From Nitrosopumilaceae archaeon (GTDB lineage Archaea > Thermoproteota > Nitrososphaeria > Nitrososphaerales > Nitrosopumilaceae), in assembly GCA_965207375.1 (NCBI GenBank), contig OZ242274.1, positions 672,001 through 736,000 of the forward strand: a stretch of 64,000 bases of DNA, written 5' to 3'. Position 1 is the first letter of the stretch. Each line of letters begins with the position of its first letter. Under the pieces are notes generated by a model. The model was given only the letters and a program-made list of their open reading frames with translations, was not told the DNA's origin and searched no databases. The translations under genes and the position numbers were made by a program. Shown here one piece after another: positions 40,693 through 50,048 of the stretch.

Positions 40693-42187
40693 GTACTTGT
40701 TCACCTATTTTTGAGCACTTTTGGCCCTAAATGTACCGAACCAGCTCTGCTAGATAATCCTGTCCCAGATTCTTCCAGGTAGTAACACACGTATACAGAT
40801 TGCCTCTACGCTCCATACTTTTTTCAGATCTGAGACATCCACGTATTCTCCTGCACACAACATACTCACGCAGGCTCTGCTCTGCAAGATTGCTTGTAGA
40901 TGGTATACGAGGGTCTATGACAAACCGGAACATGTCAGGTATGGCCCGTGACAGTTTTGCTACAAATTTACCCACAATTTCATCATTGGCATACCTTTTG
41001 ACAAGGTTACGTGTTCTTTTTTCCAATTGTACAGCATATGATTCTCTGTAATCAGGTGGTTTGTCTAGGACATGTTTGCCGTCATGGTATATCTTTTGTA
41101 GGCATTGCAGTGTATTTTTTGCAATTTTAGAATCTGGATTCTTTTGTGATATTGTTTTGATTTCACGTATTAGGTGCGCGTTACATCTCTGGATGATATA
41201 TCTGCGGTATGGAGGCCATCCGTCACAGGTTATGATTATATCTTGTGAGTCACCTATTATTTCCTTGAGTACGTTTGCTCCCCTGCTGGGATTAATTATA
41301 TAGAAATTCTCACTTGTAATTGGATTATGAAACGTCCACAACCATATAGTCTTTCCATGCAGTCGCTCTGATGTCTCATCTGCTATCAGAATCTCGGCTT
41401 CCTGTATCTTTTCTTTTATCTCATTTGCAGGCACAAATAACGCATCAGAGACTGTATCTATGATGTTTTGAATACCTCCTTCAGATATTTCGATTCCACG
41501 TCTTTTCATGGCCTCCTTGTTCATACGTACCGGCATGCGATGTATGTGGTTATCCATTATCTCCTTTATCACTTCATTTCCAAACTGACCTTTTTTTGGA
41601 ATGTCAACCTTTGGTGTAATGTCAGTAGCTCCACAGCAGTTGCAATGATACCCATGAATCTTGTGCTTGCAAGTACGTGGAGGAGGAGTTTTTACAATAT
41701 CAGTTATTATCCTGATTTTGGTGTCTGTATGGTGTATGTCTTGAGAACCACACTTGGTACACGTGTCTAATTTGTGCTCTTTTTCTTCATCTACTTTGAC
41801 CTTGCGGGTTACACCTGTGCGACCAGGTTGTCCTCCCTGTTTTTTTCCAGTAGATTTTTTGTTCTCTGCACGTATTTTGCGGTCCTGCTTGCGTGTAATG
41901 GAATCCTTAGATGGAGGAGTATTGGAATTGTCATGATAGTTGTCACGTTTGGTAAGCTCTTGAATTTTTTTATCTTTTTGTAGTAGGAGGTCATCTTTTT
42001 GTAATATGATTTTTTGTAAACTTGATACTAGAGATTCAAGAAGAAGGACTTTTCGGTGTTCCTTTTTGTATGCACTTTTCCAGTTGATGGTACTCATTAT
42101 ACAACTTGTGAGTCAGAATGATTTAGATCTGATGGTGATCAAAATTTGAACAAATGGTGAAATTTTAGGCACAACGTGAACAAGTAC
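40693..42187 (-). mobile_element. Intact IS66-family element (single ORF)
   Basis: TIR GTACTTGTTCAC; 8-bp TSD CATCTTTT (40685-92/42188-95). Confidence 0.93.
40727..42097 (-). CDS. IS66-family transposase
   Basis: NSNTPPS, GGQPG, Zn ribbon, ADET, CDGW, QRCNAHL.RE, TSNLAE. Confidence 0.93.
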   Translation of the reverse strand: MSTINWKSAYKKEHRKVLLLESLVSSLQKIILQKDDLLLQKDKKIQELTKRDNYHDNSNTPPSKDSITRKQDRKIRAENKKSTGKKQGGQPGRTGVTRKVKVDEEKEHKLDTCTKCGSQDIHHTDTKIRIITDIVKTPPPRTCKHKIHGYHCNCCGATDITPKVDIPKKGQFGNEVIKEIMDNHIHRMPVRMNKEAMKRRGIEISEGGIQNIIDTVSDALFVPANEIKEKIQEAEILIADETSERLHGKTIWLWTFHNPITSENFYIINPSRGANVLKEIIGDSQDIIITCDGWPPYRRYIIQRCNAHLIREIKTISQKNPDSKIAKNTLQCLQKIYHDGKHVLDKPPDYRESYAVQLEKRTRNLVKRYANDEIVGKFVAKLSRAIPDMFRFVIDPRIPSTSNLAEQSLREYVVCRRIRGCLRSEKSMERRGNLYTCVTTWKNLGQDYLAELVRYI

Positions 42188-42294
42188 CATCTTTTCTTTA
42201 TATTATTATACAGTTTTTCTAAAATATATATAATAATCTAGCCAAAAGCTGTAAGCTCAGGTGTGATCCATGTAGCTCAGGTGTGACCATATAA

Positions 42295-42606
42295 TCAAAG
42301 ATTGCATTGTTTCTCATCCTGTACAATTAATGCAGTATCACGCCAGCATCTGGCCTGTTCATAGCCGTGCTTTACCATTAATTCATTAAACAATGTATTA
42401 CTCTTGGTTGGTTTTTGCAGTTTGGTACAGAACTTAATGTATTCTGTATTGACTGCAGCCACCGTAGCATGATTCTCATTTTCCTTTTTTGGTCGTAATC
42501 TAGTCAGTATGAACAAAGTTGCAGTGTCGCTATGGTTCTGCCATAGGTCCTTGACCAGTGGTATATCCTGTGTGTAGGTAAAACCCTTTTCTATCACATT
42601 TTGCAA
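42295..42606 (-). pseudogene. Possible C-terminal fragment of a plasmid/virus primase-helicase
   Basis: W..HSD..LF...Y..FC......F...M...GY pattern resembles the D5/P4 primase C-terminal winged helix; no N-terminal domain. Confidence 0.35.
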
Positions 42607-42759
42607 GTGATATGTGAGTATTCATGTCCTGTCTAAATTTTTATTTTATCTTTTGACGGTAAAGTAATTTTATGTCTCAAACTAAAAAATTTTATTTTGA
42701 ATTGAACAATTGTGTATGCAGGCTAATTGATCAATTCAAAATTCGGTTGTGTATAAAAT

Positions 42760-43734
42760 CTAATGAACAGCCTTTTTCATTAATTCAAAATCATTGTCAA
42801 TCATTGTTTCAACAAGCTTGTTAAAAGACATAGAAGGTTCCCAACCTAATTCATTTTTTGCTTTAGTCGCATCCCCTATCAGGGCATCAATATCTTGAGG
42901 TCGAAAATATTTTTTATCAGTTTCAACAAAATCTTCCCAATCCCCTAATCCTGAATATTTGAAAGCATATTCTAGAAAATCTTTTACGGAATAGGATTTT
43001 TTAGTAGCTATTACATAGTCAGATGGTTTGTTCTGTTGTAACATCAACCACATTGCTTTTACATAATCTCCTGCAAAACCCCAATCCCTCACAGCATTAA
43101 TATTTCCTAAAAATATTTTTTTTTCAAATCCATATTTTATTCTTGCAATATTGTATGTGATTTTTCTTGTAACAAATTCCAATCCTCTTAAAGGACTCTC
43201 ATGATTAAATAATATTCCACAGGATATGAACAAATTATATGCTTCTCTATAATGTTGAGCCATTTTATGGGCAAATACTTTAGAAACACCATAAGGACTA
43301 GCTGGATCCATTCGTGAAAGTTCATTTTTTATTTTATTAGAATTTCCAAACATTTCACTTGATGATGCCTGATATACTTTAGTATGAGAGCTGTATGCTT
43401 TAACTGCTTCAAATACATTTAATGCACCAATAGCATTAACATTTGTAGTAAGAATGGGTTGATCAAACGAAACTCCAACAAATGATTGTGCTGCAAGATT
43501 ATACAATTCATCTGGTTGAATGTTACTAATTGTTTTGTTAATAGAGATTGAATCCGTTATATCGGATTTGACGAGTTCAATTTTATCTAAAATAGCAAAA
43601 TGTTCTAATCGTTCAAATAAGCGATGACTGGTTCTACGAAAACCACCATATACTTTATAGCCTTTTTTAAGTAAAAAGTCTGCCAAGTAGGTACCGTCTT
43701 GTCCAGTTATACCTAAAATTAGAGCTGATTTCAT
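42760..43734 (-). CDS. gmd: GDP-mannose 4,6-dehydratase
   Basis: GITGQDG, NLAAQSFV, QASSSEMFG, SPYGVSK, GILFNHESP, FVTRK, RDWG. Confidence 0.95.
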   Translation of the reverse strand: MKSALILGITGQDGTYLADFLLKKGYKVYGGFRRTSHRLFERLEHFAILDKIELVKSDITDSISINKTISNIQPDELYNLAAQSFVGVSFDQPILTTNVNAIGALNVFEAVKAYSSHTKVYQASSSEMFGNSNKIKNELSRMDPASPYGVSKVFAHKMAQHYREAYNLFISCGILFNHESPLRGLEFVTRKITYNIARIKYGFEKKIFLGNINAVRDWGFAGDYVKAMWLMLQQNKPSDYVIATKKSYSVKDFLEYAFKYSGLGDWEDFVETDKKYFRPQDIDALIGDATKAKNELGWEPSMSFNKLVETMIDNDFELMKKAVH

Positions 43735-44552
43735 TTTATTATCAATCCGTTTTCAATCAGCTTGTCTAAAAAGTGTTTAAACCCTTTTCCTCCATGTTCA
43801 TGACCTTTCCAAACTTCAATTGCAAAACTTTTATCTTCAAGTTTATTTAACATAGGAATTATTTTTGTAAATGGCAAATCTCCTTCACCAAAAGCTAATC
43901 CTTCTCCTTCCGAACCTTCTGCATCTGAAAGATGATAGTGTGTCACATAATTTTTAATTTTATTTAATTCATCGATAAGAGATACATTAATTTTATTACA
44001 ATATAGTTGAGAATGGCATAAATCAAAACAAACATTCAAATTTGTTTCATTACAGTATTTTATCAAATCTTCAGATTGTAAAAAGACGTTACTATTCCAT
44101 CTGCCACCATAAAACCAAGCATAAGGTGGCATATTCTCAAGCAAAAAATTTACGCCGGAAATATCAAGTTGTTTAACTGAATCAACGATCATATTTTTCA
44201 TTTTTTGGATATTTTCTAATGATAAATCCTCAAGAGAATAACCACCAGGATGAACAATTATACTAGGTATGCCTCTAAAATGGTCTCCTAATTGAATTGT
44301 TTTGTCAATTGCTTTTTGAATCAATTCTATACTAGTTTCTTTTGAATGAATTTGACTGGTTTCTTCCAAAGCGACAAAATCAACAATTTTTCTATCAAAA
44401 TATTCGTAGCAATGTACAATCAATTGTTGTTCAAAATTTGAATCTAATTCAAGATTGAGATCACTGTCAGAAAAGTGAAATTCCAATATTTTTGGATTAA
44501 ATTTCATCATGTCTACTATGTCATGTTTACGAACTTTCATTCCTAAGATCAT
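43731..44552 (-). CDS. Xylose-isomerase-like TIM-barrel protein (NeuB-associated type)
   Basis: LEFH.SD, VHPGG, ENMPP..W..GG, DLCH, HLSDA, EG, EVWKGH. Confidence 0.8.
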   Translation of the reverse strand: MILGMKVRKHDIVDMMKFNPKILEFHFSDSDLNLELDSNFEQQLIVHCYEYFDRKIVDFVALEETSQIHSKETSIELIQKAIDKTIQLGDHFRGIPSIIVHPGGYSLEDLSLENIQKMKNMIVDSVKQLDISGVNFLLENMPPYAWFYGGRWNSNVFLQSEDLIKYCNETNLNVCFDLCHSQLYCNKINVSLIDELNKIKNYVTHYHLSDAEGSEGEGLAFGEGDLPFTKIIPMLNKLEDKSFAIEVWKGHEHGGKGFKHFLDKLIENGLIIK

Positions 44553-44598
44553 TTTAACAAAACATTTCAAATTACGTTTTATTTATATTGTCAAAATA

Positions 44599-44906
44599 AC
44601 AGTTAACCCACCAACAATGCAAAATCCTTTGCAATATGGGCAGAGGTGCAGGTTTGATCTAAAATTCTAACATAAGGACAAAATTGAACTAAACGTAGCA
44701 AATTAGATTCCATATCATTATGAGCAAACCAATACAACCGCACTATGAATTACAACTCACTGATTGGATGCGTACTGTGAGTTTTGGCCCAAGATTCTCA
44801 ATCATGTAGTATTATCTAGTTTTGATTCCCCTCTTTTCATATGAGCCTTGTTTGGACTGCTTTTTGATGAATGTCGTTACTAGTGATCTACTGGTGGATT
44901 AACTGT
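44599..44906. mobile_element. 308-bp IR-bounded insertion (putative MITE)
   Basis: ACAGTTAACCCACCA / TGGTGGATTAACTGT (14/15 IR); no clear TSD. Confidence 0.55.
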
Positions 44907-45959
44907 AGTTGAATTCATATCTTCCTCTAGCAGATAATCTCCTTTTCTAATTTTTCGTGAAGATTTTCTTCCAATCATATCGTAAAAATATTGTGCCGAT
45001 AATCCTTTATCTGGACCTTTAACATCCATGTTTTCTTCTGAAAAAAGTTCACCTTCATCAATATCAGACAAACAAACTATACTCTTTGAGATCACTTCTC
45101 TTTGTAAAACTTCTGCACGTGTCATTTTTTTGATTGGTTTACCTTTTGCTTTTTCAGATAGTCTAATCATGGTAACTAATTTTTCGAATTCGTTTGGTTC
45201 CAAAGATGATGAATGATCCAAGCCTTTCATTTTTTTATCAAGAGTGATATGACGTTCTATGATTGTAGCACCAATATTTGCAGCAGTTAAACTTCCTATA
45301 ATACCTGTTTCATGATCACTAAATCCTACCTGTACATCAAATTTTTGTCTAAGTACAGGAATTAAATTAACATTTAGTGATTCAATAGGTGATGGGTAGG
45401 TACTATTTGCATGAAGTAAAATAAATTTTGCATCTAATTTTTTTACAAAATTAACCATTTTTTCTACTTCTTCAATTCTTGACATTCCTGTTGATATTAT
45501 CATAGGCTTTCCTGTTTTTGAGACGTATTTTATTAATGGAAAATTTGTCATATCTCCTGATGAAATTTTATATGCTACTATTCCAAGATTCTCTAAAAAA
45601 TCAACGCTTGGAATATCCCATGGAGTGCACAGAAACGTAATTTTTCTTTTTTTACAATAATTAAAAATATCAAGATAATTTTCATTACTTAATTCTACTT
45701 CTTTTAATTCTGCAAGTAATATTTCAAAACCTTGACTTTCAGAATTTGGATTTTCTAATGCATGTTTTCTGTACAAGCTTTCAAGGTTTCTTTTTTGGAA
45801 TTTTACAGCATCAGCACCTGATTTAACGGATTCGTCAATTAATTTTTTTGCAACAGACACATTACCGTTATGATTTATTCCAATTTCTGCAATAATATAA
45901 CAGGGATGATCCAAACCGATCATTTTATTTTCAATACTTATAGTGTTATCAAATTCCAA
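44880..45959 (-). CDS. Nonulosonic acid synthase (NeuB family) 2
   Basis: IIAEIGINHNG, VKFQKR, YKISSGD, GFSDHE, IERHITLD, SAF domain. Confidence 0.93.
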   Translation of the reverse strand: MEFDNTISIENKMIGLDHPCYIIAEIGINHNGNVSVAKKLIDESVKSGADAVKFQKRNLESLYRKHALENPNSESQGFEILLAELKEVELSNENYLDIFNYCKKRKITFLCTPWDIPSVDFLENLGIVAYKISSGDMTNFPLIKYVSKTGKPMIISTGMSRIEEVEKMVNFVKKLDAKFILLHANSTYPSPIESLNVNLIPVLRQKFDVQVGFSDHETGIIGSLTAANIGATIIERHITLDKKMKGLDHSSSLEPNEFEKLVTMIRLSEKAKGKPIKKMTRAEVLQREVISKSIVCLSDIDEGELFSEENMDVKGPDKGLSAQYFYDMIGRKSSRKIRKGDYLLEEDMNSTTVNPPVDH

Positions 45960-45986
45960 TTTTATTATCTTTTGTATAGTTTGAGT

Positions 45987-47324
45987 TTAATTATATTTTT
46001 TGATTGATGGTAACTTCATAGACCAAATTGTTTTTGGAGGATTTCCATCTAAATTGGCTTCAAAATTATCATTTTTGATTTTATCATTTATTATCTTACA
46101 AACATTTTCAAAAGAATGAAGGGTTTTTTTTATGTCATCTTCTGAATGAGAATAGCAGATATATGATGCGCCTAGAATGGACATAAAAATATTTTGTTTA
46201 ACCATTTCTTGTAAAACAAAAGATTTCATGTGTAGTGATTCAGTACCTGAAGAATCAAGACAACGTAGATTCATACGAACCGGATAGCCAGTCATTTTTG
46301 CATTAATGTTATTTTCATCTGCAATCCTATTCCAACCATTAAATAGGATTTTACCCATTTTCCAACAATGATGAATTGTATTTTTTTCTTTCATTTCGGT
46401 GATTACCGCCTTGGTTCCAGCTAAAGACAATGTTTCACTATTGTTTGTAGATGAAACCCATAAATCATCAAATGTTTTCATGAATTCCGTAGGCCCTGTT
46501 ATTGCTGAAAGAGGCAATCCGTTTGCCATTCCTTTTCCAAAACATACTAAATCACCTTTAATTCCAAGATATTTTTGTGCTCCTTCTAAATCGAATCTAA
46601 ACCCAGTTACTATTTCATCTAAAATTAATAATGAATTATTTTCACTAGCGATTTTTCTTACCTTTTGTAAAAAGTCATTATCAGGTTCTTCAAATTGGAT
46701 GGGTTCTAAAACAATTGCTGCAATTTTATTTTGATTATCTTCAAAAATTTGTTCGAGTCCCTCAGAATCGTTATAGTCAAAAATTTTGATTAGATTCTCA
46801 TTAAATTTTGGAACACCACCATCTCTACTAACCATGGCTGCTTGCCAATCGTGCCAGACTCCACCTGTTCCACAATATGCTATAATGTCTTTTTTTGTAA
46901 ATGCTCTTGCAGCTCTAACTGCAGCTGTAACAGCGTTTGAACCAGATTTTTCAAATTTAACCATATCAGCAAATGGAATTACTTGACTTATCAACTCAGA
47001 TAATTCAACTTCAATTTTGTGAGGTATCGAAAATAAAATCCCTTGATCTAATTGATCCTTTATTGCTTGATTCACTGAATTATAATTATAACCTAAAGTT
47101 ATAGGTCCTAAACCCATTAAATAATCCAGATATTCATTTCCATCGACATCTGTGAAATGAGCACCATTGCCAGATTGAACGTACAACGGATATACATTTT
47201 CTATAAAAGCAGTTGCGGCCCTACTAAACGTACCAGTTAGATGAGGTATAATTTTTTCTGCACGAAGCTTATATTGAGATGAAATATTCAAAGATTTTTT
47301 TTTTGATACATAATTAATATCCAA
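45987..47324 (-). CDS. Class III PLP aminotransferase (GSA-aminomutase-like, sugar pathway)
   Basis: DVDGNEYLD, LGY, DEIVTGFR, FGKGMANG. Confidence 0.88.
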   Translation of the reverse strand: MDINYVSKKKSLNISSQYKLRAEKIIPHLTGTFSRAATAFIENVYPLYVQSGNGAHFTDVDGNEYLDYLMGLGPITLGYNYNSVNQAIKDQLDQGILFSIPHKIEVELSELISQVIPFADMVKFEKSGSNAVTAAVRAARAFTKKDIIAYCGTGGVWHDWQAAMVSRDGGVPKFNENLIKIFDYNDSEGLEQIFEDNQNKIAAIVLEPIQFEEPDNDFLQKVRKIASENNSLLILDEIVTGFRFDLEGAQKYLGIKGDLVCFGKGMANGLPLSAITGPTEFMKTFDDLWVSSTNNSETLSLAGTKAVITEMKEKNTIHHCWKMGKILFNGWNRIADENNINAKMTGYPVRMNLRCLDSSGTESLHMKSFVLQEMVKQNIFMSILGASYICYSHSEDDIKKTLHSFENVCKIINDKIKNDNFEANLDGNPPKTIWSMKLPSIKKYN

Positions 47325-47409
47325 GTTAATTTAAAATAATTTTCAATGATATTTGTTCTTTTCCAATGAATGTTCTGTTGGGTTAAAGAGTTCTAAACCA
47401 AATTTTCTT

Positions 47410-47590
47410 TGTAAAGTGAGACATTTTGAAAAGTGTGATCATTTGTTTTTACCATCAACTTTGATTAATGTCTGTTCTACAGGTGTTTTTCCAAGTGAGC
47501 CATGCTTTTTTTGTGAAATTATAGTATGTCTTCATTTCATCAATTATTGGAGGATCAAATTTCTTGTATCTGTTAACGTTGTTTTGAATT
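47410..47590 (-). pseudogene. Degraded IS6 transposase 3' remnant
   Basis: Frameshifted YYNFT.KHGSLGKTPVEQ..IKVDGKNK resembles the C-terminus of the IS6 transposase at 21320-22684. Boundaries approximate. Confidence 0.55.
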
Positions 47591-47663
47591 TATGATAATT
47601 TCAGGCTGGAAATTAAGCATTTTTGATTAAAAATTTGATTATACATAAGATCTATTGTACATG

Positions 47664-47766
47664 CAGCTAAACAAAATGTGGGTAAAATAGGCAAAAATCT
47701 GCCCAGAAATGCAAGCAGAGCGACAGAGGTGGGGGACAAGAATTTGCGTCACATTTCGCTTAGCTG
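47664..47766. mobile_element. ISH3-type MITE, copy B
   Basis: TIRs as at 32950/33730; 5-bp TSD ACATG. Confidence 0.92.
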
Positions 47767-47785
47767 ACATGAGTTTACTGATTGG

Positions 47786-48793
47786 TTAACTTTCGATGAT
47801 GACTTTTTCCCCTTTTTTGCTACTTAATTCAATTGCATCCAGAATCTTGAGAATTTGTAGATCTTGCTCTAAACTGAACGGATAACTTTGTTTGTGTTTT
47901 ACTGACAGTAAAAATTCTTTCATTTCTCTCTCATATGTTGTTTCAGAAGGAGTATTTACAGCATAACCAGCTGCAACTTTACCCATGTTGATTTTTTTTG
48001 TTTTCCAATTTTTACCCGTGTTAATTTGAATTACCCCTTTATTGAAATCACATAGAATTACCCCTTTATCGCCTATCAATTTTGTTTCGCGAAAACTAGG
48101 ATTTGCAATTACGTCAAATATGAAAGTTCCAACAATCCCATTTTTAAAATGTGAATGAATTTGATAAACATCATCAATATCGGCATCTAGATTAGAAATT
48201 TTTTCCACATTGGATGATACTGATTCTATGTTAGAGAAAAGATAAATCATCCAGTTTAATTCAAAAGCAACAATTTCTTTTGCACCTCCGGTTTCTTTTT
48301 TAGAAACAAAAAAATTTTTATAATTTTCCCAAGGATGCCATAATTTTAAATGTTGACCATTATAGTGATGAATTTGTAATATTTTTCCAATTTTCTTTTT
48401 ATCCAATAATTTTTCTAATTCTAAAACTATCTGATGATAACGCATTGTACATGATGGAGCTGCCAGAATCTTTTTACCTTTAGTTTTTTTAATTATTTGT
48501 TTGACATGATTAGATGAGTGGTTTAGTTCCATAAAAAAATCAATGTTATTTTTTATTGCCAATATTGCATATTTTAAATGTAAATCCGGAGGTGTTGAAA
48601 TTACTATGGCACTTATATTTTGCTTTAATGCATCATTAATATTTTTAAAAGTTTTAATGTTGTATTTTTTTGAAGATTCTTCTCTTCTAGTTTTTTGTAT
48701 GTCATAACCTAGTATGTCAGAATATCCTAATTTTTGAAGGTTCCTTATTCTTCGTTTTCCCATTGAGCCTAGTCCTATAACTAATAGTTTCAA
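47786..48793 (-). CDS. Gfo/Idh/MocA family oxidoreductase (paralog of 35770-36756)
   Basis: GLGSMGKRRIRNL, TPPDLH, WHPWE, TGG. Confidence 0.88.
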   Translation of the reverse strand: MKLLVIGLGSMGKRRIRNLQKLGYSDILGYDIQKTRREESSKKYNIKTFKNINDALKQNISAIVISTPPDLHLKYAILAIKNNIDFFMELNHSSNHVKQIIKKTKGKKILAAPSCTMRYHQIVLELEKLLDKKKIGKILQIHHYNGQHLKLWHPWENYKNFFVSKKETGGAKEIVAFELNWMIYLFSNIESVSSNVEKISNLDADIDDVYQIHSHFKNGIVGTFIFDVIANPSFRETKLIGDKGVILCDFNKGVIQINTGKNWKTKKINMGKVAAGYAVNTPSETTYEREMKEFLLSVKHKQSYPFSLEQDLQILKILDAIELSSKKGEKVIIES

Positions 48794-48795
48794 AG

Positions 48796-49566
48796 TTAAT
48801 TTCTTTCCTTGGGATCCTTTAATGTCAAATCAGTCATTTTATTCTTAAAATTTTTTTGCCATCTTTCATCAATACCGTCAATAATTTTTATTAAATGTGG
48901 TTGATGTTCAAACAATGTAATTATATCTTTTAAATGAAAATCATTTCCTATAGAATGGAATATTTTTTTGGCTAATTCATAATCTTCCTCATAATCTAAA
49001 GTTAGACGTAATTTTTTAAAGAGTTTCATATCTTTTTTAGGTTTAATGTACGTGCAATTAAAAATATTAGTTTGTGTAAAAAATTCTCTATAACCAGTTT
49101 CAGTATTATTAGACATTTTAATTTTACAAATTTTTTCCAATGCTGTTCGCGTAACACCAACAGGAACAAATCCATGAGGAAATCCATCACTTGTTATAAA
49201 ATCAGCATTTGTTTTTTCATATTCTTCAATTACTCTATCTATGAAGTAAGGATCAGTGTAAATATCATCTCCATCAACAACAACAGCAAAATCAATTTTG
49301 AAAAAAGTTGCTGCATCTCGTAATCGAATTAATATATCATGTTCATTTCCTCGAAAATATTTAATATTTTGTCTTTCTAAAAAAGATATCAATAGGTCAT
49401 CACTTTTTTTCTCAGTAGTACAAACAATTAGATTTTGAACTCTATTAGATTTTTGAAGACGACTTAACAGATATTGGATTATAGGCTTATCATTAACTAC
49501 TTTCATAGCTTTTCTTGGCAATCTAGAGCTATCTAACCTAACTAGCAGAAAAATACCGTAATTCAT
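48796..49566 (-). CDS. SpsF-like cytidylyltransferase
   Basis: RLDSSRLPRK, FRG.E.D.L.R, GD, RLTLDYEED. Confidence 0.88.
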   Translation of the reverse strand: MNYGIFLLVRLDSSRLPRKAMKVVNDKPIIQYLLSRLQKSNRVQNLIVCTTEKKSDDLLISFLERQNIKYFRGNEHDILIRLRDAATFFKIDFAVVVDGDDIYTDPYFIDRVIEEYEKTNADFITSDGFPHGFVPVGVTRTALEKICKIKMSNNTETGYREFFTQTNIFNCTYIKPKKDMKLFKKLRLTLDYEEDYELAKKIFHSIGNDFHLKDIITLFEHQPHLIKIIDGIDERWQKNFKNKMTDLTLKDPKERN

Positions 49567-49734
49567 GATTTATTCAATATTGTATTTAATAAAAAATTTG
49601 TTTTTTAAAAATCCTATGTAGCCATGAAAGTAGTTTATCTCTGTAATACTGCCATAATTTACAAGTGTATGTTGCATCATGTTACCTCCTTATTTTATGA
49701 GGTTTTGTACATTTCTACTCCACGTATGTATTGT

Positions 49735-49834
49735 CAGCTAAGCGAAATGTGACCTAAATTCTTACCTCGCCTCTGTTGTTCTGTTTGCATTTCGGAATAG
49801 ATTTTGGCCTATTTTGCACACATTTCGTTTAGCT
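49735..49834. mobile_element. ISH3-type MITE, copy C
   Basis: TIRs as above; 5-bp TSD ATTGT; inverted relative to copy B. Confidence 0.92.
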
Positions 49835-50048
49835 GATTGTGCTAGACAGTTATTTATCCGATACAAAGTTTTCACCTAGATTTGAAAATTAGACCTTTGC
49901 ATAGCAATCATAAAAAAGAATGGAACTATAATCTTGGAAATATGTACGTGTATCGGCCAGGACAACAATCTAGTCACTTGTGACATCAATATGCCTATCT
50001 CTTTTTATGTGGAAATGAACCCATTCATTCAAGTTAGGATTGAAGTAA

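Noticed and set aside
45987-47324. hemL (tetrapyrrole synthesis)
   Set aside because: Embedded between SpsF/oxidoreductase and NeuB genes, so a sugar aminotransferase role is more likely. No symbol assigned.
47353-47595. 80-aa plus-strand ORF
   Set aside because: It is antisense to a degraded IS6 transposase remnant.
47664-49834. Invertible segment or composite transposon between inverted MITEs
   Set aside because: Each MITE retains its own TSD (ACATG; ATTGT), indicating independent insertions with no sign of inversion.
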